Part shown: piece after piece, positions 20,501-31,100 of the stretch
Layout of the letters: each line of letters starts with the position of its first letter
Position numbering within the stretch: the first letter of the stretch is position 1
Origin: an uncultured Porphyromonadaceae bacterium
Lineage (GTDB): Bacteria > Bacteroidota > Bacteroidia > Bacteroidales > Muribaculaceae
Length of the DNA stretch: 64,000 nucleotides
Direction of reading: 5' to 3'
Assembly: GCA_902491515.1 (NCBI GenBank)
Contig: CABUIC010000009.1
Span: 486 to 64,485 of the forward strand
Translations under genes and position numbers: made by a program
The notes under the pieces: generated by a model
The model's database searches: none
What the model saw: the letters and a program-made list of their open reading frames with translations, nothing else
Told to the model about the DNA's origin: nothing

Positions 20501-20957
20501 GTGTGGCGTCGCCCACGAGATAAAGGACGTTATGGTAAACCTGAGCGGACTGGAATTCGGCCTTCGTCACGCTTATCTTCATCTCGGCGAGATTGCAGAC
20601 GATATCGTAGTTCGCCGATTCACGCACCTTGAATTTGTTGTCGTTTGCATTGGAGTTGCAGACAAACAGGGAGCCTTCGCCAAGAATATAAGGGTCTGCC
20701 GACGCGCTGCGATACTCGGTGCGGTCCCATGAGGTCTCGGTGAGGAATTTGAATTCCTTGTCGGCGAGGAGATAGCCGGTGTAGCGGAAAATGTCGGGAT
20801 TCTCCCCGTCGCGGAGCATCACGGAAGTGCGGTCGAGGCTCCACTGGCCCCATGTGGCGTCGCCGACCACGAAAAGATGGTCAGCCGCCGCAGCCGGGAA
20901 GGCGCAAAGTGCCGCGAGCACGACAAAAATGAGTTTTTTTACGGTGGAAAAGATCAT
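17547..20957 (-). CDS. GH31 family alpha-glucosidase with two N-terminal SusE/SusF-like starch-binding domains and a C-terminal T9SS sorting domain
   Basis: Signal peptide. Tandem LFVVGDATWGQW / LYLVGDATPGRW SusE/F-like repeats. GH31 motifs GWWLDLGEPE and AFPWTGDI...GNDIGGF. C-terminal beta-rich tail. Confidence 0.7.
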   Translation of the reverse strand: MIFSTVKKLIFVVLAALCAFPAAAADHLFVVGDATWGQWSLDRTSVMLRDGENPDIFRYTGYLLADKEFKFLTETSWDRTEYRSASADPYILGEGSLFVCNSNANDNKFKVRESANYDIVCNLAEMKISVTKAEFQSAQVYHNVLYLVGDATPGRWMLGEALPLAQSPSDPFIFSARVSLSPGKFKIATNCYGGYNEQKFYFRDPSDSSRVSEDSTDDRQWTIDSEGVYNVTVNLSDKSISIVALSDATALGPVKSWRTEGHTLFVEAEYGTLELTLFNDMVVKVFTRPAGMTEGERRSISVCASPVGTPDVSESDVAVTLSTPALRVDVAKVDGRISFRDPSGRLVLREKGGLDNSSRPRRATFEGMGDAAFYGGGYNGQRIDHDGSVLYMNNTQTGGWDATWSAPHNICIPFIVSASGYGLYFDDHYRHARISPSSSEGTKFSTESLNPVAYYFIGSADGGMASVLENYTFLTGRQELPPYWALGYLTSRYGYHSRQEAEEIVDGIKNAGLPLDGIVFDLYWQGERNNGMGNLDWYAPKFDDPAGMMSAFDARGVKTICITEPFFTSVSSNYETLRTLGYFADEDVAGMEWLGAPKTGLIDASNPDAMDWMWNFYKERTREGVAGWWLDLGEPERHDEDSRHAGGTVSQIHNEFGDLWTARVYRGFKEDFPDVRPFIMPRAGTSGMQRYSAFPWTGDIARSYKGLEAQVPALLSAGMSGVAYMGNDIGGFAASGIDTWLYLRWIQAATFSSVMRTHSTMSPEPHLDCYAEVFPAVKKYIGMHYSYLPYTYTLARENALKGTPLARPVNFHDRQGLPASPADCKDEYLWGRDILVAPVLTVNTYRRDITFPQGSWVDLNDMSRVYAGGSTVAYDAPLETLPHFGRLGAFIPTFTQTSFSSTGEIDNSRITVTYLIDKDAELSRSELFDDDRKSTGTLDSGECLLTAFEGRNSSSGHDIRIENSGSYAGMPPTRTYTFVIPSYPRPVAAVTTASGRSLAPCASLEAFDAAGADAFYLAPDMTLRIKASVDSDKNETLSISSTTSLSDGAFAAPGIVFTHSKVTGLFDVALPAGASRALITVRDLRGAVLAEIPVAGDSATIAQYSFPALPAGMYLATLTAVAPDGSGISRTIKCMN

Positions 20958-21106
20958 AAGGCTTCAGTCAGTTTGTAAATTTCACAGGCAAAATTAAGTA
21001 ATGCAAAAAAATCCCGCAAGGCCGAAACGCTTTAAGTAGTGTCAAACGGCCTTGCGTAAGTTGTAGATCAGCACCTTATATCTGTCCTGACGCAGATAAA
21101 TAGTAG

Positions 21107-22543
21107 CTAACAGTTCTTCTCGATAATTGCCCGGACGGCGTTTATTTCGAGGAAAGTCGCGCCGGTGCCGCAGATGGCGCCGAGGTACGCGATGCGGTCC
21201 TCAGGCTCGAGGAGGCCCTGGGCTATGAAGTCGCGGAGCGCCTCGACGGGATAACGCTGCTCGGGAGTGTAGTCCTTGTAATAATAAGCCTTGATTCCGT
21301 AGGAAAGGCTGAGCCAGCGCATGGTGCGCCGGCGGTAACAGATAGCGTAGACCGGACACGAGCCGCGGAAGGAGGCGATGAAGCGGGCCGTGCGGCCGTG
21401 GATAGCATCGGCGACTATAGCCTTTGTACCGATTTCGCGCTCGGAGACCACGGCCTGCCGGGCGAGGAAGGATGTGACGTGGGCGTCGACAAGAGGAGGA
21501 ATAGCGTCGCTGGTAGTTGTGGCTATAAGGGATTTCTCCACTTCCAGGGCCACCCGCGCCATGGTGGACACAGCCTCCACGGGGTATCGGCCGTTGGCCG
21601 TCTCGCCGGAAAGCATGAGGCAGTCCGCGCGCTGGTAGACGGCGTTGGCGATGTCGCTGACCTCGGCGCGCGTGGGCCGCGGATTCTCTATCATGGAGTG
21701 GAGCATCTGCGTGGCGACAATGACGGGGCGGTGCATGGCGATGCACTTGGCTATCATCTCGTGCTGGATTACCGGGATGCGCTCGGCGGCGACCTCGATG
21801 CCGAGGTCGCCGCGCGCGATCATTATTCCGTAGGATGCCTCGAGGATGGAATCGAAGTTGTCGACGCCCTGCTGGTTCTCGATCTTTGAGATAATCTTCA
21901 TGTCGGACCCGAGGGCGTCGAGCTCGGCCTGGACGGCACGGACATCCTCGGCGGAACGGACGAAAGAATGCGCCACGAAATCTACGCCGAGTTTTGCGGC
22001 GACTGCGAGAGTGGCCTTGTCGCGGTCGGAGAGCGCCGGGAGTCGGATGTCGCTGCCCGGAATATTGACGCTCTTTCGCGAGGCGAGGGTGCCGTCGTTC
22101 ATGCAGCGCGCGCGGATGATGCCCGTGGCGGGGTCGACCTCCTCGATGAGAAAATCGAGCTCGCCGTCGTCGATGAGGAAGTGCATCCCCGGACGGACGT
22201 CGCGGGCGATGCCGGCATAGTTGAGAGCGATGCGCGACTGGCTTGTGGAGCCGGAGGGATTGCCGACGAACTCGACGCGGGCGCCTTCAAGGAAAAAGAG
22301 CTTGTCGTCGGGATTCTCGTTCGCCGTGGTGCGGATTTCGGGACCCTTGGTGTCGATCATGACTCCGATTCGGGGAGACACTTCGCGGCAGTTCCCGACA
22401 ATGCGCGTGATTCCCTCGGGCCCGAGGTGGGCCGAGTTCATGCGCACTACGTTCATCCCCGCGTCGAAGAGCGCGCGGATGAAATCCGTGTCGCATCTTC
22501 GGTCGGAGACGGTGGTGATTATCTTAGTGCTTTTCTTGAGCAT
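21107..22543 (-). CDS. pyk: Pyruvate kinase
   Basis: MLKKSTKIITTVSDRR..., K+/Mg site residues, MIARGDLG motif. Confidence 0.9.
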   Translation of the reverse strand: MLKKSTKIITTVSDRRCDTDFIRALFDAGMNVVRMNSAHLGPEGITRIVGNCREVSPRIGVMIDTKGPEIRTTANENPDDKLFFLEGARVEFVGNPSGSTSQSRIALNYAGIARDVRPGMHFLIDDGELDFLIEEVDPATGIIRARCMNDGTLASRKSVNIPGSDIRLPALSDRDKATLAVAAKLGVDFVAHSFVRSAEDVRAVQAELDALGSDMKIISKIENQQGVDNFDSILEASYGIMIARGDLGIEVAAERIPVIQHEMIAKCIAMHRPVIVATQMLHSMIENPRPTRAEVSDIANAVYQRADCLMLSGETANGRYPVEAVSTMARVALEVEKSLIATTTSDAIPPLVDAHVTSFLARQAVVSEREIGTKAIVADAIHGRTARFIASFRGSCPVYAICYRRRTMRWLSLSYGIKAYYYKDYTPEQRYPVEALRDFIAQGLLEPEDRIAYLGAICGTGATFLEINAVRAIIEKNC

Positions 22544-22552
22544 ACGTATACA

Positions 22553-24550
22553 TTATTTTCTGGCGAGGATGAGGGCCGAGGTCGGAGGCACCACTACGTT
22601 GCCGCCCTTGGAGGAGCCCATGCCTTCGCTCCTGAGGCTTCCGTCGCGGGCCACGACAATCCAGTCGCCCTTGGGAACCTTGGCAACGAAGGGGTCGGCG
22701 GAACCGTTGAAGACAAGCTTGATTTCCTTCCATTCGTCGCCGTTGGCGTTGTTGCGGATGGAGTAGCTTACGACGTTGGGGGCGTCGACCTTGTCGAAGA
22801 CTATGTTCTTGGCGATTTCCTCGGCCGTAGTCATGCGGAACGCGGGGTGGGCCTTGCGGAGGGCGATGAGTTCGCGGTAGTAGTCGAACTGTTCGGCATT
22901 TTTGTGTTTGAGGCTCCAGTCGATGGCGTTGATGCTGTCAGGGCTCTTGTAGGAGTTGTGGACGCCCTTCTTGTCGCGGAAGATTTCCTCGCCGGCAAAC
23001 ATGAAGGGTGTGCCCTGCGATGTGAAGACGATGGTCTGGGCGAGACGCGCGGCGCGCTGGCGCTCGGCCTCGGTGCTTCCGGGCATCGACTTGGCGAGCT
23101 TGTCCGTGAGGGTGAGGTCGTCGTGACAGGAAACGTAGTTGATGATCTGCGTGGGAGCTCCGGCATAAGGGAACTTGGAGTTGTTGCCCTTGGAGTAATC
23201 GACCTGGGGATGGGCGGTGGAGGCGACGATGCCGATTTTGACGGTCTCCTCGTTGCCGGGCTTCCCGGTTGCGAAGCCGCGGTCGGCGGCGTTGCTGTAG
23301 TGGCCCTTCACGGCGTCGCGGATGTCGTCGGAGAATACGGCGATACCCTTCATCTTGTCGACGTTCTCCTTGAGGGCGCGGCGCTCGACAGGCAGGGGAG
23401 AGTCGCCGGCGGTCCAGCCTTCGCCGTAGACGAAAATCGAGGGGTTGATTTTCTTGAGTTCGGCGGCCACCTGATTCATCGTCTCGGTGTCGTGGATTGC
23501 CATGAGGTCGAAACGGAAGCCGTCGATGTGGTATTCCTTGGCCCAGTACTTCACAGAGTTTACAATGAAGTCGCGCATCTGCTGGCGCTCGGAGGCCGTT
23601 TCGTTTCCGCAGCCCGAGGCGTCGCTGTAGGAGCCGTCGGGACGGTGGCGGTAGTAATAGCCGGGAGCGGTGAGGGAGAAGTTAGAGTCGTCGTTGTTGG
23701 CCGTGTGGTTATATACAACGTCCATGACCACGCCGATTCCAGCGTCGTGGAGAGCCTTGACCATCTCCTTCATCTCGCGGACACGGGCCTCGGGATTGGC
23801 GGGATCGGTGGAGTACGAGCCTTCGGGGATGTTGTAGTTGAAGGGATCATAGCCCCAGTTGTACTGGTTGGAGGGAAGGTTCGACTCGTCGACGGAATTG
23901 TAGTCGTAGCTCGGAAGGATATGGACGTGGGTCACGCCGAGTTCCTTGAGATGGTCGATGCCGGTCTTGTCGCCGAGGATGCTGCGGGTCTCGGGCTCTG
24001 TGAGGGCGAGGAACTTGCCCTTATGGACGATTCCGGAGGAGGGGTGTACGCTGAAGTCGCGGTGGTGCATCTCGTAGAGAACGGCATCGGTGATGCTCTT
24101 GAGCTCGGGGCCTTTGTCGGCGCTCCACCCTTCGGGATCGGTCTTGGCGAAGTCGATGATGGCTGCACGATGGCCGTTGGTACCAGTGGCCTTCGCCCAT
24201 ACGCCCGGAGTTTCGGCGAGGCGCTTGCCCGTGGCGTCGGTGATGCGGAAGGTATAGAACTTGCCGTAGAGGGGTCTGTCAACGGAAGCGCGCCAGACGC
24301 CGTTGTCGCCAAGACGCATCTCGAGGGAGTCGTATGGCGCGGTGTTGCGGTCCGTGTTGTAGAGATAGACAGTGGCGGCCTTAGCCTTTGGCGACCAGAG
24401 GGCGAAGTTCGTTCCCTTTGCATCGACAGTCATTTCAAGGTCTGTGCCTCCGTAAGCGGGCCATGAGGCGTATTCGGATTCCATGTTCTGTGAAAATACA
24501 GGAGCGGCGGCTACGAAAGTCAGCGCCGCCGCGCTGAGGAGTGTTTTCAT
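22553..24550 (-). CDS. pulA: Type I pullulanase (GH13_14)
   Basis: Signal peptide. GH13 conserved regions VVYNHT, GFRFDLM, YGEGW, YVSCHDDLTL. Confidence 0.8.
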   Translation of the reverse strand: MKTLLSAAALTFVAAAPVFSQNMESEYASWPAYGGTDLEMTVDAKGTNFALWSPKAKAATVYLYNTDRNTAPYDSLEMRLGDNGVWRASVDRPLYGKFYTFRITDATGKRLAETPGVWAKATGTNGHRAAIIDFAKTDPEGWSADKGPELKSITDAVLYEMHHRDFSVHPSSGIVHKGKFLALTEPETRSILGDKTGIDHLKELGVTHVHILPSYDYNSVDESNLPSNQYNWGYDPFNYNIPEGSYSTDPANPEARVREMKEMVKALHDAGIGVVMDVVYNHTANNDDSNFSLTAPGYYYRHRPDGSYSDASGCGNETASERQQMRDFIVNSVKYWAKEYHIDGFRFDLMAIHDTETMNQVAAELKKINPSIFVYGEGWTAGDSPLPVERRALKENVDKMKGIAVFSDDIRDAVKGHYSNAADRGFATGKPGNEETVKIGIVASTAHPQVDYSKGNNSKFPYAGAPTQIINYVSCHDDLTLTDKLAKSMPGSTEAERQRAARLAQTIVFTSQGTPFMFAGEEIFRDKKGVHNSYKSPDSINAIDWSLKHKNAEQFDYYRELIALRKAHPAFRMTTAEEIAKNIVFDKVDAPNVVSYSIRNNANGDEWKEIKLVFNGSADPFVAKVPKGDWIVVARDGSLRSEGMGSSKGGNVVVPPTSALILARK

Positions 24551-24737
24551 TCGGTATACGTTTAGTAATTGTTTTGTACAAAAATAGCAAAAAATCGGGC
24601 GTAATCCAAACGGACTCCACGGATTTTCGTTTTTTTAAGTCTTGAAATGCGTGAAGTGTGGCTGTGGAGAGATAAAAAATCACTTACTTTACACCGCAAA
24701 AACCAAGCATAAAAATCCTGTTTCAACTTTACCCGAC

Positions 24738-26636
24738 ATGACCTTCAAGAAAATCATTGTCACGGCCGCCCTCGCGGGCTGCCTCGGCATGCCGTGTGCC
24801 GCCGTGGACTCCAGACTCAGCGGCACCATTATCGGCTCGCCCTCCTCCGACTCCAACGGCGGACAGATTGACCTCGTGAACACCCGCGACCGGGCCTTCG
24901 ACGGGGATGTCTCCACCCACTACCGCGCATACGTGGAGGACTGGAGCTATTCGCGCCCCTGGATTGGCCTCGACCTCGGCGAGGCACACGTGATAACTAA
25001 AATAGGCTTCTGCCCGCTGCCCGACCGCGCCGAGAAAACGGTGCTTTCAGTCTTCCAGGGCGCGAACCGCGCGGACTTCTCGGACGCGATGCCGATAGCA
25101 ATGGTCAGGGAGGCTTGGGGCGATTCCCGCGTGCATTATATTCCTGTGGACGTAAGCCGCGGCTTCCGCTACGTGCGCATGGTCTCTGCGCCCTCGGCGG
25201 CCTGCAACGTGGCCGAGCTGGAATTCTACGGCCATCCCGGCGAAGGCGACGACTCCCGCTTCTTTCAGGTGTCGAACCTGCCGACCGTCGCCTTCAACAC
25301 TCCCGGCATGGAGCAGATCATGAGCAAGGACGACAAAAAGAAAGGCTCGACAGTATATGTTATCGCCGAAGACGGAACATACCTCCTCTCCGACGACAAT
25401 GCCCAGATGAAGGGGCGCGGAAACGCCTCGTGGACAATGGACAAGAAGCCCTTCCAGATCAAATTCGACAAAAAACAGCGTATCCTCCCTGACGCGCCCG
25501 CAAAGGCCAAGAAGTGGACGCTCATCAACAACCACGGCGACAAAACCCTCATGCGAAACAAAATAGCCTTCGAGATGAGCCGCCTCGCAGGAATCGCATA
25601 CACCCCCTACTGCCGCTTCGTCGACGTAATCTACAACGGAGAATACGAAGGATGCTATCAGCTCTGCGATCAGGTGGAAGTCAATCCGGGGCGTGTGGAA
25701 GTCACGGAGATGACCCCGGAAGATAGCGAGGGCGAGAACCTGACAGGGGGCTACCTCATAGAGGTCGACGCTTACGCCGACCAGGAAAAATCGTGGTTCC
25801 GGAGCCGGCGCGGCACGCCCGTCACCATCAAGTCGCCCGACGAGGACGAAATCACACCGGCCCAGGCGAAATACATCACGGATTTCTACAACAGCCTCGA
25901 GGACGCCGTTTTTTCCCGGGATTTCACCGACCCCGAAAACGGGTTCAGAAAGTACATCGACATCCAGAGCCTCATCAACTACTTCATTGTCGGCGAGCTC
26001 GACGGCAACCCGGACCAGTACTGGAGCACCTACATGTACAAGGACCGCAACGACCCGAGGCTCCACGTTGGGCCGATTTGGGACGTGGACCTTGGCTTCG
26101 ACAACGACAACCGCCACTACCCCATCGACAACAAGCGCGACTACCTCTATCTGACGGGCTCGGTTGCGGGCGAGAATTTCCGCTCGGCCATCACCCGCAT
26201 GGTCCTCACCGACAGCGGGTCGAAAAAAGCCTTGCAGGAAACCTGGAGCCGCCTCCGCGAGTACGGCAACTTCACAAGCGAGTACTTCTCGGACCGTATC
26301 GACGAATGGGCGGCGGAAATCGACGAGTCGCAGAAGCTCAACTTCCGCCGCTGGAACATACTCAACACCCTCGTACACCAGAATCCCCGGGCTCTCGGAA
26401 GCTTCAAGGCCGAGGTAGAGGCCGTGAAGGACTATCTGACCAAGCGCTTCGCGAGACTTGACTCTTTCATAGGACGTGTTCCCGTGTCGAGCGGCGTGGA
26501 CGGAGTGGAAACCGCCCCGGCCACGAAGGTCCGCTACATCACTCCCTCAGGCCTCGAGGCCGATCCGGCCAATCTCACCCCCGGAATCTACATCCGCCTG
26601 ACCCCCAAAGGCGCAGAAAAAATAGTGGTGAGGTAA
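24738..26636 (+). CDS. CotH kinase-family protein with N-terminal F5/8 type C (discoidin) domain and C-terminal T9SS sorting domain
   Basis: Signal peptide MTFKKIIVTAALAGC. Discoidin-like block (...FRYVRMVSAPSAACNVAELEFYG). CotH-like core (NASWTMDKKPFQIKFDKKQ..., GCYQLCDQVEVN). C-terminus TPGIYIRLTPKGAEKIVVR. Start moved to ATG 24738. Confidence 0.6.
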   Translation: MTFKKIIVTAALAGCLGMPCAAVDSRLSGTIIGSPSSDSNGGQIDLVNTRDRAFDGDVSTHYRAYVEDWSYSRPWIGLDLGEAHVITKIGFCPLPDRAEKTVLSVFQGANRADFSDAMPIAMVREAWGDSRVHYIPVDVSRGFRYVRMVSAPSAACNVAELEFYGHPGEGDDSRFFQVSNLPTVAFNTPGMEQIMSKDDKKKGSTVYVIAEDGTYLLSDDNAQMKGRGNASWTMDKKPFQIKFDKKQRILPDAPAKAKKWTLINNHGDKTLMRNKIAFEMSRLAGIAYTPYCRFVDVIYNGEYEGCYQLCDQVEVNPGRVEVTEMTPEDSEGENLTGGYLIEVDAYADQEKSWFRSRRGTPVTIKSPDEDEITPAQAKYITDFYNSLEDAVFSRDFTDPENGFRKYIDIQSLINYFIVGELDGNPDQYWSTYMYKDRNDPRLHVGPIWDVDLGFDNDNRHYPIDNKRDYLYLTGSVAGENFRSAITRMVLTDSGSKKALQETWSRLREYGNFTSEYFSDRIDEWAAEIDESQKLNFRRWNILNTLVHQNPRALGSFKAEVEAVKDYLTKRFARLDSFIGRVPVSSGVDGVETAPATKVRYITPSGLEADPANLTPGIYIRLTPKGAEKIVVR

Positions 26637-26666
26637 GAATCTCACTCAACTGCCCCCGGCCACACG

Positions 26667-26708
26667 AGACAAGCGCCCCTCCGCTACAATGCAGACGGGC
26701 GCTTGTCT
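26667..26708. terminator. Bidirectional hairpin (agacaagcgccc...gggcgcttgtct)
   Basis: 12-bp perfect stem between the convergent CotH-like and cca genes. Confidence 0.55.
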
Positions 26709-28075
26709 TATTCTTTCTTTCCGGGGTTGGGACGGGGGCGACGGCGGCGCTTTCCGCCGCGGTGGGTGCGCTTGCGGGGCTTCGCGGAGCCGGGGGACGG
26801 GGCTTCGGCGCTTGCCGGAGCGGGAGGATTGTCGTTGGCGAAATTCGACTCTCCGGCCTCGCTCATCTCGCGGGAGGTCCGGCGAATCCATTCGATGCGG
26901 TCGGGCACGCGCTCGGCCTCGGGCACGGCATCGCGGTCGGCCTGCATCAGGGCGAGCAGGCGTTCAAGCCTTTCCGGGGAACGGCATTCCATCTGGAGCT
27001 TTCTCAGACGCTTGCGGGCCCGCTGGTCGCTTCTGAGCTCACGCGGGCCCGGGAAGTGGTGATGCCCGACAAGAAAAACGGTCTCGCTGACTACAGGGCG
27101 GTCGAAGCGGAGACGCGAGAGGAGCTTTCGGGCCATCCGGGCGCCGCGGGAATCATGGTCGGGATAGCTTACGGCACCCGTCACGGGGTCCTCCTTGCGG
27201 CTCGAGACCTTCCCGAGGTCGTGGAACATGGCGGCAAGGCGCACCGGGAGCCGGCGGTCGAGAACCGCCACATTGGAGAGCGTGGCCCGGAGGTGGTCCA
27301 TCAGCGGCTTCCCGCCCTCCTCAAATCCGCGCGCGCGGCAAAGGTCGGGGAAGACATATCCGAGAGCGTGGGTGCGGTCCATGAGTTCAAGCGCGCGGGC
27401 CGGGTCGGGGCCCGCGAACATTTTCTCGACCTCCTGACGCATGCGCTCCACCTTGATTGCGCGAAGGCCGGGAGCAACCTCGGTCATGGCGTCGATCATC
27501 TCGTCGGAGAGGTCCCAGCCGAGGGTTGTGGCAAAGCGGATTACGCGCAGGATCCGCACCGGGTCGTCCTCGAACACGCGGAGAGGCGCGTCGGGAGTGC
27601 GAAGGCAGCGGGCCTTGATGTCCTCGAAGGCTCGTCCCGAGGGGTCGAGAAGCTCGCCGGTGCTGACGTTCAGATATATCGAATTGATGCTAAGGTCGCG
27701 AAGCAGACAGTCGCCTTTCATCGGTCCGAACATTTCGGCAGGGTCGGAGTCTTCCAGCCCGCTGTATTTTCCACGGCGCGTCTGGACTATCTCTATTTCA
27801 TCGTCAGGAAAATTCCTTAGCCGGAGCATCGCGGTGCCATATCGCGGGAATGTCGTGGGAACCCCTACCGTGAGATGGCGTGAATGCAGCCACTCGGCGA
27901 GCCGCAGACCGCCATTGGGCAGCTCCACGGCGAGATCGATGTCCTTCACTTCCTGCTTTCCGAGGGCTTCGTCGCGTGTACATCCGCCCACAGCGAATAC
28001 TTTCCCTTCAAACTCCGTTCCGGCGATTATTCCGCGGAACCAGTCGATGATAAGATGATATTCCTTGATGTCCAT
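26708..28075 (-). CDS. cca: CCA tRNA nucleotidyltransferase / poly(A) polymerase family protein with HD domain and Lys/Arg-rich C-terminal tail
   Basis: Pol-beta NTase head (GGCTRDEALGKQEVKDIDLAV), HD domain (HDLGK) and basic tail ...PRKRTHRGGKRRRRPRPNPGKKE. Confidence 0.75.
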   Translation of the reverse strand: MDIKEYHLIIDWFRGIIAGTEFEGKVFAVGGCTRDEALGKQEVKDIDLAVELPNGGLRLAEWLHSRHLTVGVPTTFPRYGTAMLRLRNFPDDEIEIVQTRRGKYSGLEDSDPAEMFGPMKGDCLLRDLSINSIYLNVSTGELLDPSGRAFEDIKARCLRTPDAPLRVFEDDPVRILRVIRFATTLGWDLSDEMIDAMTEVAPGLRAIKVERMRQEVEKMFAGPDPARALELMDRTHALGYVFPDLCRARGFEEGGKPLMDHLRATLSNVAVLDRRLPVRLAAMFHDLGKVSSRKEDPVTGAVSYPDHDSRGARMARKLLSRLRFDRPVVSETVFLVGHHHFPGPRELRSDQRARKRLRKLQMECRSPERLERLLALMQADRDAVPEAERVPDRIEWIRRTSREMSEAGESNFANDNPPAPASAEAPSPGSAKPRKRTHRGGKRRRRPRPNPGKKE

Positions 28076-28178
28076 ATATATTTAACCGGCTGCAAAGGTA
28101 CGAATTTTTAGCTTTCATCCGAACTTTTTCCTCCACTTACTATGTTTTAAGTTAAACAAAAACAGTCAGAAGCAAAAC

Positions 28179-31100
28179 ATGAAGCAAATAATGGACGGCT
28201 GTACGGCCGCTACACACGTTGCCTTCGCGCTGAGCGATGTCGCCACGATATACCCCATCACGCCTGTAGCGGAGATGGGTGAGATAGCCCGGGAGTGGGG
28301 GATGGAAGGACGCCGGAACTATGCCGGAGCGGCATTGGATGTCCGCGAGATGGAGTCGGAGCTGGGCGCCGCAGGTGCCACGCACGGCGCCCTGGCGGCC
28401 GGAGCCCTCGCCACGACTTTCACCAACTCGCAGGGACTCCTTCTGATGATTCCGAGCATGTACAAGATTGCCGGGGAATGCCTTCCCGGCGTGTTCCATA
28501 TAGGCACACGCTCGCTCGCCTCACACGCCCTGTCGATATTCGGCGACCATCAGGACATCATGGCCTGCCGCGCTACGGGCTTCGCCTTCCTTGGCTCGGC
28601 TTCCGTGCAGGAAACCATGGACCTCGCGATAGTTGCGCATCTTGCCGCCATCGAGGGTTCGCTCCCCGTGGTGCATTTCTTCGACGGCTGGCGCACCTCC
28701 GGCGAAATGCAGACCATCGACGCCGTCGACTATGATACCATTTTCTCACTGCTCGACAAAGAAGCGCTGACACGCTTCCGCGGGCGCGCCCTCAACCCCG
28801 ACCATCCCATCCTCCGGGGCTCGGCCCAGAATCCCGACGTCTACTTCCAGAACCGCGAGGCCTGCAACAGCGCCTACAATGCTTTTCCGGGAATCGTCAA
28901 GGCGGTTATGGCGCGCGTGGGGAAAGCCATCGGGCGAAATTACCATCTCTTCGACTACTATGGCGCACCCGACGCCGAGCGCGTGGTCGTGGCAATGGGT
29001 TCGGGCGCGGAAGTCGCCCGCGCGACATCCGAGGCCCTGAACGCGGCGGGCGAGAAGACCGGAGTGGTGGTCGTGCGGCTCTTCAGACCCTGGTCGACAG
29101 ACGACTTCATAGCCGCCCTCCCCTCCTCCGTCAGGTCCATCGCCGTGCTCGACCGGACCAAGGAACCCGGCGCCCAGGGCGAACCGCTGTACGGCGACGT
29201 GGCCGTGAGTGTCCTGCGGTCAGGAAGGCCCATAAGGGTAATCGGAGGCCGCTACGGCCTGTCGAGCAAGGATTTCAGTCCCGCCATGGCACGCGCGGTT
29301 TTCGACGAGCTGAAGAAGCCCGAGCCCATGCGTGAGTTTACGGTGGGCATAACCGACGACGTGACGCATCTGTCGCTCCGCGTCGACCCCGCTTTCCAAA
29401 TCAAGGCCAAGGGCCTGACCGAGACAATCTTCTACGGCTTCGGCTCAGACGGAACTGTAGGTGCGGCCAAACAGATTGCCTCAATCGTCGGCTCGCAGGA
29501 CGGAATGTATGCCCAGGCCTTCTTCAACTATTCGGCCAAGAAATCCGGAGGCTATACCCTCTCCCAGCTCCGCTTCTGCACGGAACCCGTGGCGGCGGCA
29601 TGGCAGATCGAGAGCGCCGACTTCGTGTTCTGCAACAAGGCGGCATACGTCGGGCGCTTCGACATGCTCTCGAAACTGCGTCCCGGCGGAGTGTTCGTGC
29701 TGAACGCTCCGTGGACCGTCGGAGAGATGGCCAAGCGCCTGCCCGCGGATATGCGGCGTTCCCTTGTCGATAAAAAAGTGCGGTTCTACACAATCGACGC
29801 AACGGCCATCGCCGCCTCCGAACAGCTGGGCGCGCGAATCAACACGATAATGGAGGCCGTTTACTTCCACCTTTCAGGCGTGCTCCCCGAAGAGGTCTGG
29901 CACCCCGCGATGCAGGCCATTGTCCGGAAAACATACATACACGAGGGCGGCGAGACCGTGGCCCGCAATCTCAAAGCGATAGACAAGGCCGTCGGCGCCA
30001 TCCGCCCGGTAGCCGTGCCGACGGAATGGGCAACAGCCATGGTACAGGCCGCCCCGGCTCAGGACGTCCCGGCCTTCGTCTCGGAAGTTGCCGAACCCTG
30101 CGACCGCCTCGAGGGCGACGCCCTGCCGGTCTCGCGTTTCACCCCTGACGGCTCCATGCCTATGGGCACGACAGCCTACGAGAAGCGCAGGATTGCCATT
30201 GACATTCCCCGCTGGGACCCGGCCAAGTGCGTACAGTGTATGATATGCTCCACCGTCTGCTCCCATGCCGCCATACGCCCCTACCTCCTCGACAAGGACG
30301 AGATGGCGAAAAAGCCGGCGGACATAGCCACCGCGACCACCAAGGACCCGAAACTCGCCGGCTATCAGTTCAGAATTCAGGTTTATCCCGCCGACTGCAC
30401 CGGCTGCGGTTCGTGCGCCACGATGTGCCCGGGCAACGCCCTGACTATGGTGCCTCTCTACCCCGAAATAGAGAACGAGGAACCCCGCTGGAAGTGGGTG
30501 ACGGGGAACGTGTCCGAAAAACCGGACATCCTGCCTCGCTTCACGGTGCGCGGCGCTCAGTTCCACCGCCCGCTCATGGAATTCTCCGGAGCCTGCGGCG
30601 GCTGCGGCGAGACGCCTTACGTCAAACTTCTAACCCAGCTCTTCGGCGAGCGGCTGCTCATAGCCAACGCCACTGGTTGCTCGAGCATCTGGGGCGCCAA
30701 CTACCCCTCAAACGCCTACTGTACTTTGGGCGACGGCCGTGGACCGGCATGGGGCAACTCGCTCTTCGAGGACAACGCCGAGTACGGCTACGGCATGGCC
30801 GTGGCAATGGAACACCGCCGCGCCCGCGCACGGCAAATAGCCGAAACGCTTGCCGCCGACCCGAAAGCTCCCGGGGAGGCCGTCAGCGCGGCCAAGGCAT
30901 GGACAGCAGCCTTCGACGACCCCACGGCCTCCTATACCGAAGGTGCCCGGCTCGCAAAAGCGGCGCCCGAGCTCGCTCCCTTCGCCGACGTCCTCGGAAA
31001 GAAGAGCATCTGGGCCATCGGCGGCGACGGATGGGCCTACGACATCGGCTTCGCCGGCCTCGACCATGTGCTTGCCTCCGGGGAGAACATCAATATCCTT

